A stretch of DNA of 33,774 bases from Octopus bimaculoides (Eukaryota), in the NCBI RefSeq assembly GCF_001194135.2, contig NC_069001.1, positions 12,163,203 to 12,196,976 on the forward strand, given 5' to 3'. Position numbers and translations under genes: made by a program. The first letter of the stretch is position 1; each line of letters begins with the position of its first letter. Under the pieces are notes generated by a model that saw only the letters and a program-made list of their open reading frames with translations, did not search any database and was not told where the DNA came from. Shown here piece after piece: positions 1 to 11,675 of this stretch.

Positions 1-290
1 TATATGTACAAATATTTGTGTATATATGTATATGTACAAATATTTGTGTATATATGTATATGTACAAATATTTGTGTATATATGTATATGTACAAATATT
101 TGTGTATATATGTATATGTACAAATATATATATGTATGTATATGTACAAATATATGTATGTGTATATATGCATATATGTACAAATGTATGTATGCGTATA
201 ATATGGATATGTATAAACGTATGTATGTGTATATATGTTTATGTACAAATATATGTATGTGTATATATGTATATGTACAAATATACGTCC
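1..290. repeat. 28-bp tandem repeat (TATGTACAAATATTTGTGTATATATGTA), decaying rightward
   Basis: Identical units at 3-30, 31-58, 59-86 and 87-114, then progressively divergent TATGTACAAAT-anchored units to about 285. Confidence 0.9.
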
Positions 291-459
291 ATTTCTACTT
301 AATTTTAGATATTGCCATTGTCCACCGGAAAAATATTTAGAAATATCGTTTCATTTTCTTCCTTCTTATCTCCTCTACAAACACCCCTCTTCTTTTTCTT
401 CTTCATCTCTTCTTCTTCTCCATCTCCTCCTCCTCCTCCTCCTCCTTCTTTTTCCCCAG

Positions 460-535
460 ATGATAATGTCGACAGCAACGTTCATAATGATGACGGCAAA
501 GCCGTCGTTGAAGAGCGTCAGCGTGTCAATAACAA
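460..535 (+). CDS. Possible isolated 76-nt internal coding exon (DDNVDSNVHNDDGKAVVEERQRVNN), weakly ABCA-linker-like
   Basis: Long pyrimidine tract ending TTTTTCCCCAG (AG 458-459), an open frame, and donor AA|GTAACA at 536. Could instead be a decayed GAT/GAC/AAC trinucleotide tract. Confidence 0.3.
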
Positions 536-760
536 GTAACATCAATATAGACACGACGATGTGGAGTGAGGGTGAGAGGAGGATAAAGAAGCAGTGGGTG
601 AGATGGGGGAATCGCGATGATTTTACCGAAACATAACAACGTCAACCTAAGTCTAGAGCTATTATTTTAATAATAATACAGACTTGGGTAATCAGGCAAG
701 AGTGACATATAATAGCCTTATTGATAATAGTAACAACAACTACAATAACAATAATAATAA

Positions 761-972
761 TTCTTTTTACTATAGGCACAAGCAGTGAAATTTGTAGGGA
801 GCGGGTAAGTCGATCACAACGACTCCAGTAGACTGGTTCCTGATTTATCCGCTCCAGAAGGATGAAAGGCAAAGTAGACCTCGGCGAAATTCGAACTCAG
901 AACGTAAAGACAGACGAAACGTCGCCAAGCGTCTTGCCTGGCGTGCGAACTATTCTCCTAGCTTGCCGCCTT
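761..972 (-). mobile_element. tRNA-derived SINE, family A (tail type 2)
   Basis: Reverse complement matches the copies at 15833-16057 and 28076-28265: head GGCGGCAAGCTAGGAGAATAG, B-box-like GTTCGAATTTC, body AGGTCTACTTTGCCTTTCATCC. Confidence 0.85.
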
Positions 973-978
973 AACAGT

Positions 979-1002
979 AACAACAACAACCATAACAACA
1001 AC

Positions 1003-1042
<40 letters not shown>
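979..1042. repeat. (AAC)n/(AAT)n microsatellite
   Basis: Direct reading. Confidence 0.95.
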
Positions 1043-1482
1043 GTGGCCGGATGTTGTCATATTAAGTAAGAGAGACAAAAACTGTCAGATCATTAGTGTA
1101 GCCATACCAAATAGCATGAAGTTTGTGAGTAAAGAGGTTGAAAAAATCATCAAGTACTCCGAATTTCAATTTCAGTGGAGATGGCAAGACGGTATGGAAA
1201 TGCGAAAGGGTAATGTAAACCTGAAACTAGTGGTGATCAGAGCGTTCGTGATTTCTTAAAGCAACGAGCAATCTTCGTACCACCGTACCACACAGCCATA
1301 ATAATAAAATAATTAGAAGGGAAAACATATGTTTGAGGAAAAGCTCCCAGCAAAATATAATGTGAATGGAATTTGGGATGAAACAATGGCACACGTTCTT
1401 GTAGTATACCCCAAATTGGCTCAGGTAGAAAATAAGAAAGTTTGGCATGACAAAAGTTAATAGAGTTCTATATTTAAGCTAT

Positions 1483-1740
1483 GAGGAATTATGTACATTA
1501 TTTACATTTGACGGATATTTGTCCTCATCTTGTTTGTTGTTATCAACAACGCTTCGGCTGATATACCCACCAGCCTTCATCAGGTGTCTTGGGGAAATTT
1601 CGAACCTAGGTTCCCATTCCTAACGTACTTTTCGATGTTATTATTATTATGATTATTATAATTCAGGTCACTGCCTGAAATCGAACTCGGAATCTTGGGA
1701 TTAGTAGCTCACGCTCTAGACCACTACACATGTGCCCGTA
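1483..1740 (-). mobile_element. Composite repeat: tRNA-like head + (AAT)n + hammerhead-like module (Penelope-like or SINE-like)
   Basis: Minus strand has A-box-like TGTGTAGTGG (1721-1730) and B-box-like GTTCGATTT (1678-1686), an AAT tract, then a module (about 1503-1636) that recurs at 6120-6252. Confidence 0.7.
1543..1590 (-). ncRNA. Degenerate minimal type I hammerhead ribozyme motif
   Basis: Minus strand reads GACAC-CTGATGA-A-GGCTG-(10 nt)-CAGCC-GAAG-CGT-T-GTTG. CUGAUGA core at 1577-1583; 5-bp helix II at 1571-1575/1556-1560; GAAA is GAAG here. Confidence 0.6.
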
Positions 1741-1840
1741 GGCAATTATGAAGTGAATTTTAGGGATCATAAATCTAATGTTTCCGTATTTTATGTTGTT
1801 TACTGTTGGTGACGTCCTGTCCCCACAAATGCATATATAT

Positions 1841-1998
1841 ATAAATATGTATGCATAAATGTATATATATATATCTGTAAATATATACATACATATATAT
1901 GTGAGGGGGCATGTGTATATGTGTATATATATATGCATATATATATATATGCATATATATATATATAAATAAACACACACAGATATATATATTTATAT

Positions 1999-2075
<77 letters not shown>
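1841..2075. repeat. (TA)n-rich compound microsatellite
   Basis: Pure TA run at about 2005-2075 with degenerate TA/CA flanks. Confidence 0.95.
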
Positions 2076-2079
<4 letters not shown>

Positions 2080-4379
2080 AAATCCTATTAACAAGATATT
2101 GACAAGCTTCCAGTAAATTTTATATACATGTATGATATGGTCTCCTATTGATAATACATCCTAACTTCATACTAGAAGATCGTTAATTCTAAGTAGTCTT
2201 CAGATGACACAAACGCAGCCTTGTACTAAAATATCCATCATATAGATGCTCTTTGTCTAGAGATTTTCTAGTAGTGTTTCCAGATTTAAAATGCTGTAAG
2301 CGACATTAGTAATGTTAAATGTACGTTCGTTTTGTTGGTTGCTTAGAAATACATAAGGTGAACGGTATAAAATGTACAACAGGTATAGATCTGTAAAATA
2401 TAAGTGACAGCTGCAGAGCAAAATATTCGGTAATAAAATTATATGTGTAAATGATTTTAGAATGATAAAATGAAGAATATTTAATGTGAACATAAATGTC
2501 TATATTGCGAGTGAAAACTGAGAGGAGAAAGATTTTTGTTGAATATTCAAGTACATGTACGCTAATAGGTACCGACGCATACATACAGGACCATACATAC
2601 GCACACGTATACATTGACACTCATATTTGCATACATACATATATTACATACTAATGGTCAGACACGTGCAGAAACACACACTCACATGCATGTACAGATT
2701 ATATATACATGCACAAACAGAAACACACAGACATGTGCATATATATATATATATATATATAATATATATATATATATATCCTCTGTGTTTTGTTTTTGTT
2801 TTTATGTTTTCAATTTATATATATATATGTATGTATGTATGTATGTATATGTATGTATGTACGTATGTATATCAGTTCCTGTATTTTGAGGCATCTATTA
2901 AATTTGCTCTCCACAATTCAATTTTTTCTTAATATTGTATGCGTGATCAGAAGATATTCGAAATCCGATACTTTTCACCCTAACCTTCCTTTAAATATGT
3001 CCCTTTTTTGTAACCTAGTTTCATTCAAATATATTTGTTTCCAAGCAAAATGTTTCATTTTTACTTATTTCTTTAATGCAATACATATATATATATGTAC
3101 ATACATACATAAATATATATATATATATGTATGTATACACTATTATGACTGTTTAAAATGTATACTTATATGCGTTGATTTGTTTATTTTAGTTAGTTTA
3201 AATATATTTATATCACCTGAGGATTTAGGTTACACAACGATTTAATAGATTTTGCATGGCGACGTTTTTATCTGTAAGAAAAAGAAAATTATATTTAAAA
3301 TTCCACACTTATTTTAACTCGCTTCATGTGAATATATAGTTTTGGAGATATTCAATTGCATATATGAGATATTCTGATTCGAAGATATTTAAAATCAATA
3401 TTTAAGTAAGATTCCTCTAGGTTAACACTGTCGCATATATAAACTACTCAACTTCAAAAAATCTTAATTGCTTTCCGACTGATAAACAGCCTACCTGTAT
3501 CCTTTCCATTTATTGCTATTTAATGCCTCTTCTATGTAAAATACGTAAACGTAACCCGGTGAAATATGCTTCGAGAACAATCCTATTTTATATTATAATG
3601 CAATCATAGTTTTAACTAATGTTGAACTCTCTAGGGGTAAACACATATAATGTAATGTAACTGTTTAAAAACATCCCGAAACAAAGGAAGTTTCCTCCGT
3701 TTCTTTGAGTTGGCTGTAAAATATCTCTCAACATATGCGTAGGTTATTTTATTATGAAAGAGTCTGATATTGAAATTGTACTTTGAACTATGAAACATTG
3801 TGTGTTGTATAAGAACTCCTAATGCATTGAGATAGACACATCAGAACTATGTCATGTGTATCGGCGTGGGGAAAGACACCGCAACAATTGGCGATACTTT
3901 TGGGCTTTTTAGGTTATCAACCGCACGCACTAAATTACCTTGGAAGTTATCAAAAAAAAAAAAAAGAGAACCAATTGAAACCCTTAAAACGGTGATAGGT
4001 TTAGAAATTAGACTTTACTTTTACTGAACTTAAAAAGTCAATTTTGTATAGGTTCTTTAGATTCAAAATCCTGCTCGTATAAAACCTACGAAGAATAAAT
4101 GTAGATGTACAATACATACACTGACCTTTTAATGACGTATAAGAATCAAAAATACCTCGTTAAGACTTTACACTATCCTGCAGTCAATTTGTATTCAGTG
4201 GAAATTCGATGTTTTATAATGGCAGTACTGCATGAAAAAAGGTTACAAATCCTAAGTGCTATGCAAGAATGTCTACCTAAGTGATTACAATACAAATTTG
4301 GCGTAGGCGTTGACGTACGCATGCGTATAGTCAAATATATGGGGGCTCATTAGTTCATTATGCGCCTTTGTACAAATAC

Positions 4380-4403
4380 ACGCACACACACACACACACA
4401 GAC

Positions 4404-4437
<34 letters not shown>

Positions 4438-4565
4438 TGAGGGTCATAAATACATACATAAGTACATAGACAAACAGACAGACAGACAGACCAACAGACA
4501 GGCAGGCAGACAAGCAGTCAGACAGACAGATAGATATACAGATAGATAGATAGATAGATAGATTT
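4380..4565. repeat. (CA)(TA)(GA) then (GACA)n/(GATA)n microsatellites
   Basis: Direct reading; a similar (GA)(GACA)(GATA) block lies at 4935-5012. Confidence 0.9.
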
Positions 4566-4977
4566 ATTCATATATACATACAATTATCTAAATTTAAATG
4601 TAATCTTTGTTTTTTATTCTATCTTTATATTTCTGTCAATGATCTCTTCAATGTGTGTAACTGCTTTCCGAAATAACATCGCACTTCGTTTAAGGAGCTC
4701 TGAGGAGTCTATGAGTCGATGCAAAATTACACAGGTCTGAGTGCGCCGCATTCCGTAGCAGAAACAGCTGTAAGTTAACAACAGTTATTACAGAATTCCT
4801 GTTGTCTTGTCGTATTAAATTTCATGTTATTCTCTGTAATCATATAGCGCTCTATTCAGAATAATATGAGTATTTACTTCTAACATCAAATTATTATTAT
4901 CGCTACCCCTAAGCTAAATATGTATATATAGACGCAGAGAGAGAGAGAGAGAGAGAGAGGTAGAGATACAGACAGAC

Positions 4978-5012
<35 letters not shown>

Positions 5013-6119
5013 CACTTGCAAGTACACCCACACAACAAGAAACGTATATATTGTTCAATTCCTTTAGCAACGTGGGTGTTTTCTTGTACTTAAGTAATAC
5101 ACTTTATCTTCCTGCGATATATCTCCAAAGATATATGACGTAATTCTAAGCCAAACATGGAAATGAATGGAAATACATTAAAATCGATGTTGTAGGAAAT
5201 CACTTAATGGTGTTAAAATGTATGTCTTAGGTGGGGAGTTATGAAGAGGTGGTGGGAGAAATGGTGAAGTTTAATGTCTCCGTTATTTGAATGGTAAGAG
5301 GTTGGTGAAACCGATTTAATAACTTGTATAAAACTGCATGAGGGTATTTGTGTGCGTGTGTATGTAAGTGTGTGCGTGGTTGGCTCTATATACGTAGATA
5401 CATATAAATATATATATATGCATAAATATATATATGCATATATATATATATATATATATNNNNNNNNNNNNNNNNNNNNNNNNNNNNNNNNNNNNNNNNN
5501 NNNNNNNNNNNNNNNNNNNNNNNNNNNNNNNNNNNNNNNNNNNNNNNNNNNNNNNNNNNGTGTGTGTGTGTGTGCGTGCGTGTGTGTGTGTGAGTGTAGA
5601 AGAAGAAGAAGTAGAGTGAGAGAATGTAGTTAGATGAATTAAAAATAAAATTAGTGAAATTATAAAATCGATTTGTTCTGTTTCTTGCAGGAATATTTTT
5701 CTACCATTGATTTATTTAACTTCAATTTAATTTCTCTAAAAGGCAACAATTTATTTCTTTATATACTTCATTTATATTCGTCATCACTCTTTTTTAATTT
5801 CGAAATCCTGAATTGTGATGCATCGCAGAACAAATATACGCGAACATAAATAATCGAAGTGCTTCAGATGCCAAGTAATAATATACTCCATGACATACAT
5901 AGGAAGTACATATATTATTTTTATGAGAAATAATTTTATATGCAAAAGAATGTTTGTGCTAAAAGTGCGTCATTGAGTTTGTGTATGTGAGTCTGTGTCT
6001 GCTAATGCATACCTTTATGTAACTATAAATATGTAATGTTATATATGTAAAGATATATATATATATAATTGCATACAAACATACATATATACATATATAT
6101 ACACAAACATACGTACATA

Positions 6120-6252
6120 TACATTTGAAAGATATTTGTCTTCATCTTGTTTGTTGTTAACACAAAGTTTGGATGATATAACCTCCAAACTTCATCAGGT
6201 GTCTTGAGGAAATTCGAACCTGGGTTCTCATTCCTAAGGTAGTTTTCGATGT
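6120..6252 (-). mobile_element. Second copy of the hammerhead-bearing module (no tRNA head)
   Basis: Colinear with 1503-1636 (ACATTTG..GATATTTGTC.TCATCTTGTTTGTTGTT...CTTCATCAGGTGTCTTG.GGAAATT.CGAACCT.GGTT..CATTCCTAA.GTA.TTTTCGATGT). Confidence 0.8.
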
Positions 6253-6334
6253 CCAAAACTCCGTCCAAAACGTTTCGTTTCAAGTCTTGGAGGCGAGTTC
6301 GATATAATCTTTTACGTATTTACTACGTTACATA

Positions 6335-6452
6335 TGTATGTATTATATATATTATCTATGTATGTATGTATGTATGTATGTATGTATGTATCTATCTATC
6401 TATCTGTCTATGTGTGTGTGTGTGTCTGTATATATATATAGATATCTACACT

Positions 6453-6483
<31 letters not shown>

Positions 6484-6554
6484 TAATGTATGTATTATGT
6501 ATATATATATATGTATGTATATGTATATATTAATGTATGTATATATTATGTTTA

Positions 6555-6599
<45 letters not shown>

Positions 6600-6670
6600 A
6601 TACAAAGAATATATATACATGTATACACACATATATGTACATACTTACATCTACATGTGTATATACATGC
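6335..6670. repeat. (TATG)n/(TATC)n/(TA)n compound microsatellite
   Basis: Direct reading. Confidence 0.9.
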
Positions 6671-7129
6671 ATATCAGGGTACAGGACATTAGAACAATAA
6701 ACTACAGACAACGGAACGAACACAGGAAAACGGAAAGCCACTTGGAATATCCCTTCATCAGCTGTCTCTATTCTATCTAGACGTTTCGAAGACAAGACAG
6801 AACGTACTCTAGAATAGTCTCTTCCTGAGTAGTGGATCAACCCACTACACAGAGGATTCCAAGGTGGCAAACACAAACCAAGACAGGAAAAAATGGACAG
6901 TGAAAACAACATTCAAAAGCCGTACGGCCAAACGCAAATCTGAGGTAGAACGCTAGTAGTTCGTCTTGCCTTCACAGCGGCTGGAGTGAAAAGAAAGTTG
7001 ACCACAGGTCACACGAGAGCAGAGAGGATGGTGGAGGGAGGAAGTGGAACAAGGAGGAAGGGACAGAAGCAGTGAAGTAGAGGCCAGGACAGAGGGGTAG
7101 ATGGGAAGATAGAGGAAGACAGATAGATA

Positions 7130-7197
7130 AATAGATATATATATATATATACACGCACCCATTTCTATTGATATATATATATATAGATATAGATATG

Positions 7198-7241
<44 letters not shown>

Positions 7242-7283
7242 TGTGTTAAGAGAGAAAAAATTGTCTCCGGATATTATATATCA

Positions 7284-7325
<42 letters not shown>

Positions 7326-7335
7326 NNNNNNNNNN

Positions 7336-7384
<49 letters not shown>

Positions 7385-7385
7385 G
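7130..7385. repeat. (TA)n/(TG)n microsatellites with a 10-N gap
   Basis: Direct reading. Confidence 0.9.
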
Positions 7386-8409
7386 TGCGTGATTGTGCGC
7401 GTGTGTCTGTAGATCAATGATTATATCGGTGTCTATTTATTTACGTAACGTCGATATTTTGGATACTGTCAATGAAACGAGCTCAAAATAGACTTAGTTT
7501 TATGTAAGTCATAATCTAAAGGAATGGAACGATATCATATCTGCTGTCCCATCCCGAATCACCCCACGCAGTTTGTGTGATGGATCTATTGGAAATATAA
7601 TAAAACTTCTACTAATAGCATTCCCAGACTTTTGCTATGAATTTCAGGATAATATTATTTCATTCATTTTTTTTTTTTTACTTCCGTTTTTTAACAAAGT
7701 TAAAAACCTGTGATGTTTTATAGAGACCAGTAGGAGAAATATCAAATATCAGACATTATCTTTTATATGAAAGGAAAGAAAATCTTATTGTAGAGCATAA
7801 TCGTTGTTGGTTGTGATGGATTATTTACCCGGCATCATATTATCTCCGATTTGGCAGAACTTTTTTTTTTTTATTATAGAGAGAAGACATTGTTGGCTAG
7901 ATGGACTGGAGATAACTGTTAATGTGTAGCCGAAGTTTTTTAACGAAACAAATCATATGAGAAGAAAAAGGACGTGGCGGTAGCTGTGAGTTTGCTCTGG
8001 GAGTAGGATACCAGTCATCTTCGAATTAAAACGTCTGTTATATAGACACAAGTAAGACAAAGAAGTGACCACTTATAAAACTGAGGCTGGAATATGATCA
8101 GTGATTCGGCTAGATCTTCTCTGAATTGGGACTTCTCAGGTCTCCGTGGAAGGTTCAAGATCATTGCTCTGGTGTTTTTACGTTACAACTGCAATGTTTT
8201 CAATACATTCATTATTTGGTGGTAGCATTTTGCTAAAAAGCCAAAAATGCGCTTTATTTTATGCACTGTATTTTGAAAGTGGAAATTCCGTTGCCCAATC
8301 ATATGAAGTACTTATTGATTGATTGAATTATCCTGTCCGCCCTTGCCTCGTGAATGAATTTGGCAAACGAAAGCTGTGTAGAGACCTGATTTGTGTGTGT
8401 GTGTGTGTG

Positions 8410-8470
<61 letters not shown>

Positions 8471-8474
<4 letters not shown>

Positions 8475-8830
8475 GCCTTTTAGTTTGTGTGCTACCAACT
8501 TCTCCAGCTTCGTTACCTTGCCAATTTCTTTCAGATGGTCCAATAGGATTGGAATCGAAACATCAAACCTTGTTACTAACTCACGCATAGTTTGAGAAGT
8601 ATACGTTTCCACTACAGTTTCCAGCTCATCATTATCCACGTTGGTTTCAGGTCTATCAGAGAGCTGATTTTCAAGTATAAAGTCACCAGAGCACAACTTC
8701 ACAATCCATCGACATACAGTGCGCTCATTCACCCACATTTTCGCCAAACACCACATTCATGTTTCGAGCTGTCTGTGATGCATTCTTTCCACGGTGGAAC
8801 TCATATTCATAAATAGCAAGATTTATCCAT
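8471..8830 (-). pseudogene. Tc1/mariner transposase N-terminal (HTH DNA-binding) fragment, frameshifted and 3'-truncated
   Basis: LAIYEYEFHRGKNASQTARNMNVVFGE, a frameshift near 8735, then NERTVCRWIVKLCSGDFILENQLSDRPETNVDNDELETVVE...LDHLKEIGKVTKLEKLVAHKL. This matches the mariner pattern ERTV..WF.KF..GD..LE....GRP...D...L and the WVPHEL motif. It ends at a (GT)(CT)(AT) microsatellite (8392-8470); no DD34D domain is present. Confidence 0.9.
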
Positions 8831-10760
8831 GGGTTCACAAAAATTGATTAACGAGCGTTACCTTTAGCAAAAATCGCGTACGTTTTTAAGTAATTCGCTG
8901 ACATAATCATCGTAATAGAGCGCGTAATAAAGACGACCCTTTGCACTCTGGATACCGACTCTCCGATGCAATTGATCACATATCTAGTTAATGAAATTCC
9001 ATTTACAAGGGTTGGCTTTATCAAGACTATGGTTAATAAAAAAAAAACACTATCCATACGAACTTGTAATTTCAAAATTCCCTTTCTATCCATCATATTG
9101 TATCCTTTTCTAATACTGACGGATTTTTGGTATTTTGAAAGGTGAATTCCGACGAGAAATCGTAAGAGAAATTTGGTCCCCCAAGTGTTTGAACTTATTA
9201 CTTATAATGTGGCTAAACTTCAAACGTCCAATCGATATCTAGGAATGATTAAATTTTTATTTTATTTCGCATATTACATTGTGTGTGTCGTGTTTATATG
9301 TGTGTGTTGCGTTGTGTTTTATAATCAGCAGCTTCAGATAAAGTTTTTGTCATATTTCAAACAATGTGTTGTCATAGATAATTAGAACACGCCAAAAGTC
9401 GAGCGACCAGATAGGAGCTTCCGTTTTATGGTTAACCTTCCCCTCGTTAAATTTATAGTCATTAAGGGGGGCAATGTTTGTTTGTATGTATGTGTAACTT
9501 TATATTATTTTTTGTTATTTAAATGACTGAAAGTAATTATTTGTTCATGTCCTCTACTAAATTATTTTAAAGCATAATTGTAAATGATAATAACAACAAT
9601 AATAATAATAATAACAGCAACAACAACAACGACAACAACAAACAGGAGCTGTATTTCGTTTATAGCTGCTATAGCATCTATTGTTTTTACTGGAGATCTT
9701 GCAATCAATTAGTTTAGAGTCGCCTACTCTATGAAAACCGTGACAACACATTTCACTAATGGATGGCACAGATGAAAATTAAAACAAAAACAGTTTTATT
9801 AATAATATATGAGGTTGACCATTGTTAGAATTTTCAGAATTAGATGCTGCCTTTTATTTTCTGTTTTATATATTTTTGTTGTTGTTGCCTTACTCTTATG
9901 TTATTTTTTTTTTATTTTTTACATTTTAGTTTCCATTGACTTCTAATTTATATATTTATTATTATTATTATTATTATTATTAGCATTTTATTATTATTAT
10001 TATTATTATTAGATTTATGTTGTCGTTCTTGGTACTACTTATGTGAGAGCGCGTGTTAATTTTTTTTTTTCAAGTATTAGTTTCTATCGACTAGTAATTT
10101 CTTTATCATCATCATCATCTTCATCGTCATCCCCATCTTTGTTATTATTGCACTACATGTAAATCCACATTGGCATATATGTTATGTCGCCCTTTGTTCT
10201 GTGTACGAATGAAATAACTTCTAGCCTCGTGCAAAATATTGAAATTATTACTTTCATTAACAATTCTCTTATTATTAACAACTGTTGTTGCCCCCACGTG
10301 CGTCTATGAGTGATTCTGTGTATATCTTTTTTTTTTACTGGCGTTTCTTTAATAGAATACATAAAAATAAATTTAAAATACAATAATAAAAACGATAACA
10401 AACATAACAAGGGAATTATAGCATGTAAGTAATAAACATTAGGAGACAAACTGAATCAAAATAACAAAATCAAAAAGGAAAGAAATAGACGTTACTGAAT
10501 TAATTATGTCAACTATAATTTACGATGAAGCTGTTAAAAATAAATTAACATCTAAATAACATAGAAAAAATAAATAGTAGTAAATAAAAACAATTTTATT
10601 ATTTCGATTTTGTAAAGCATTTACGAGGCCGTTTATTTGTCAATATGTCATCATTATAATGATTTCTTCATCCCGATCTGACACTTTTTTTTTTTTGGTA
10701 GAGAGAGACACGGACGGAAATGATTTAAATGTCATCGCCACACAACACACAAGCTGTTGT

Positions 10761-11150
10761 TGGCACTCCGTCGCTTGCGACGTCAAGTGTTCCAGTTGAT
10801 CTGATCAACGGAACAGCCTGCTCGTGAAATTAACGTGCAAGTGGCTGAGCACTCCACAGACACGTGTACCCTTAACGTAGTTCTCGGGGATATTCAACGT
10901 GACACAGTGTGACAAGGCTGGCCGTTTGAATTACATGTACAACAGAAACAGGGAGTAAGAGTGAGAGAAAGTTGTGGTGGAAGAGTATAGCAGGGTTCGC
11001 CACCACCCCCTGCCGGAGTCTCGTGGAGCTTTGGGTGTTTTCGCTCAATAAGCACTCACAACGCCCGGTCTGGGAATCGGTCTGGGAATCGAAACTGCGA
11101 TCCTATGACCGCGAGTCCGCTGCCCTAACCACTGGGCCATTGCGCCTCTA
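10761..11150 (-). mobile_element. tRNA-derived SINE, family C
   Basis: Minus head GAGGCGCAATGGCCCAGTGGTTAGGGCAGCGGACTCGCGG with A-box TGGCCCAGTGG (11129-11139) and B-box-like GTTTCGATTCC (11085-11095); near-colinear with 13371-13693. Confidence 0.9.
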
Positions 11151-11394
11151 CACAACACACAAACACACACACACACACACATACACACGTACATTCACGT
11201 GCATAAAAGGTGGGAGGCTGAATGTCTGTTCCAGCATGCAAGTGCTGCGTCGAACGATTGTAAGGCTCTGGAAATATGACCTGGCATGCATGCAGACATG
11301 TATTATGATACAAAATATGCTAAATACATAGAGCCTAAGATTAATTTTAAGGGCTGGATTTGGGGTTAGAATCAGGAGAATCTTTATCTTTTGT

Positions 11395-11605
11395 CTTTTA
11401 CCTGTTTCAGTCATTAGATTGCGGTCATGCTGGGGTACCGCCTTGAAGTTTTCGTCTAATGAATCGACCCTAGGATTATTTTTGAAGCTTAGTACTTATT
11501 GTATCTGTTTGATTTGTCGAAGAGCTAAGTTACAGAGACGTAAACACCCCAACATCAGTTATCAGGTGGTGATGGGCGAAGGACAAACACAGACACAAAG
11601 ACTGA
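11395..11605 (-). mobile_element. SINE family B, 3' half
   Basis: TTTCAGTCATTAGATTGCGGTCATGCTGGGGTACCGCC matches 14401, 19923 and 33581, and the reverse complement at 18670-18715. Confidence 0.85.

Positions 11606-11675
<70 letters not shown>

Noticed and set aside
2284-2295. 12-nt micro-exon-like string TTTCCAG|ATTTAAAATGCT|GTAAGC
   Set aside because: Too short to distinguish from chance in AT-rich DNA; no supporting homology.
4695-4769. Segment ending in GCT|GTAAGT that reads YESMQNYTGLSAPHSVAETA
   Set aside because: No acceptor gives an open frame (upstream TGA), and no homology is recognised.
5691-5860. Strong acceptor TTTCTTGCAG followed by a short open frame
   Set aside because: No matching donor, and the translation looks like AT-rich non-coding sequence.
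8848-9096. 82-aa minus ORF upstream of the mariner fragment
   Set aside because: No recognisable domain; not in frame with or homologous to the transposase.
9112-9128. AATACTGACGGATTT, similar to AATACTGTGACCGATTT at 17193-17209 and reminiscent of Helentron-associated (HINE/DINE-1-like) elements
   Set aside because: Only a short shared motif; I could not find subterminal repeats or ends. It needs a repeat-library search.
11085-11150. tRNA-like sequences (also 1665-1737, 12385-12445, 20235-20293)
   Set aside because: They are SINE heads without a complete cloverleaf or acceptor stem, so they are not called tRNA genes.
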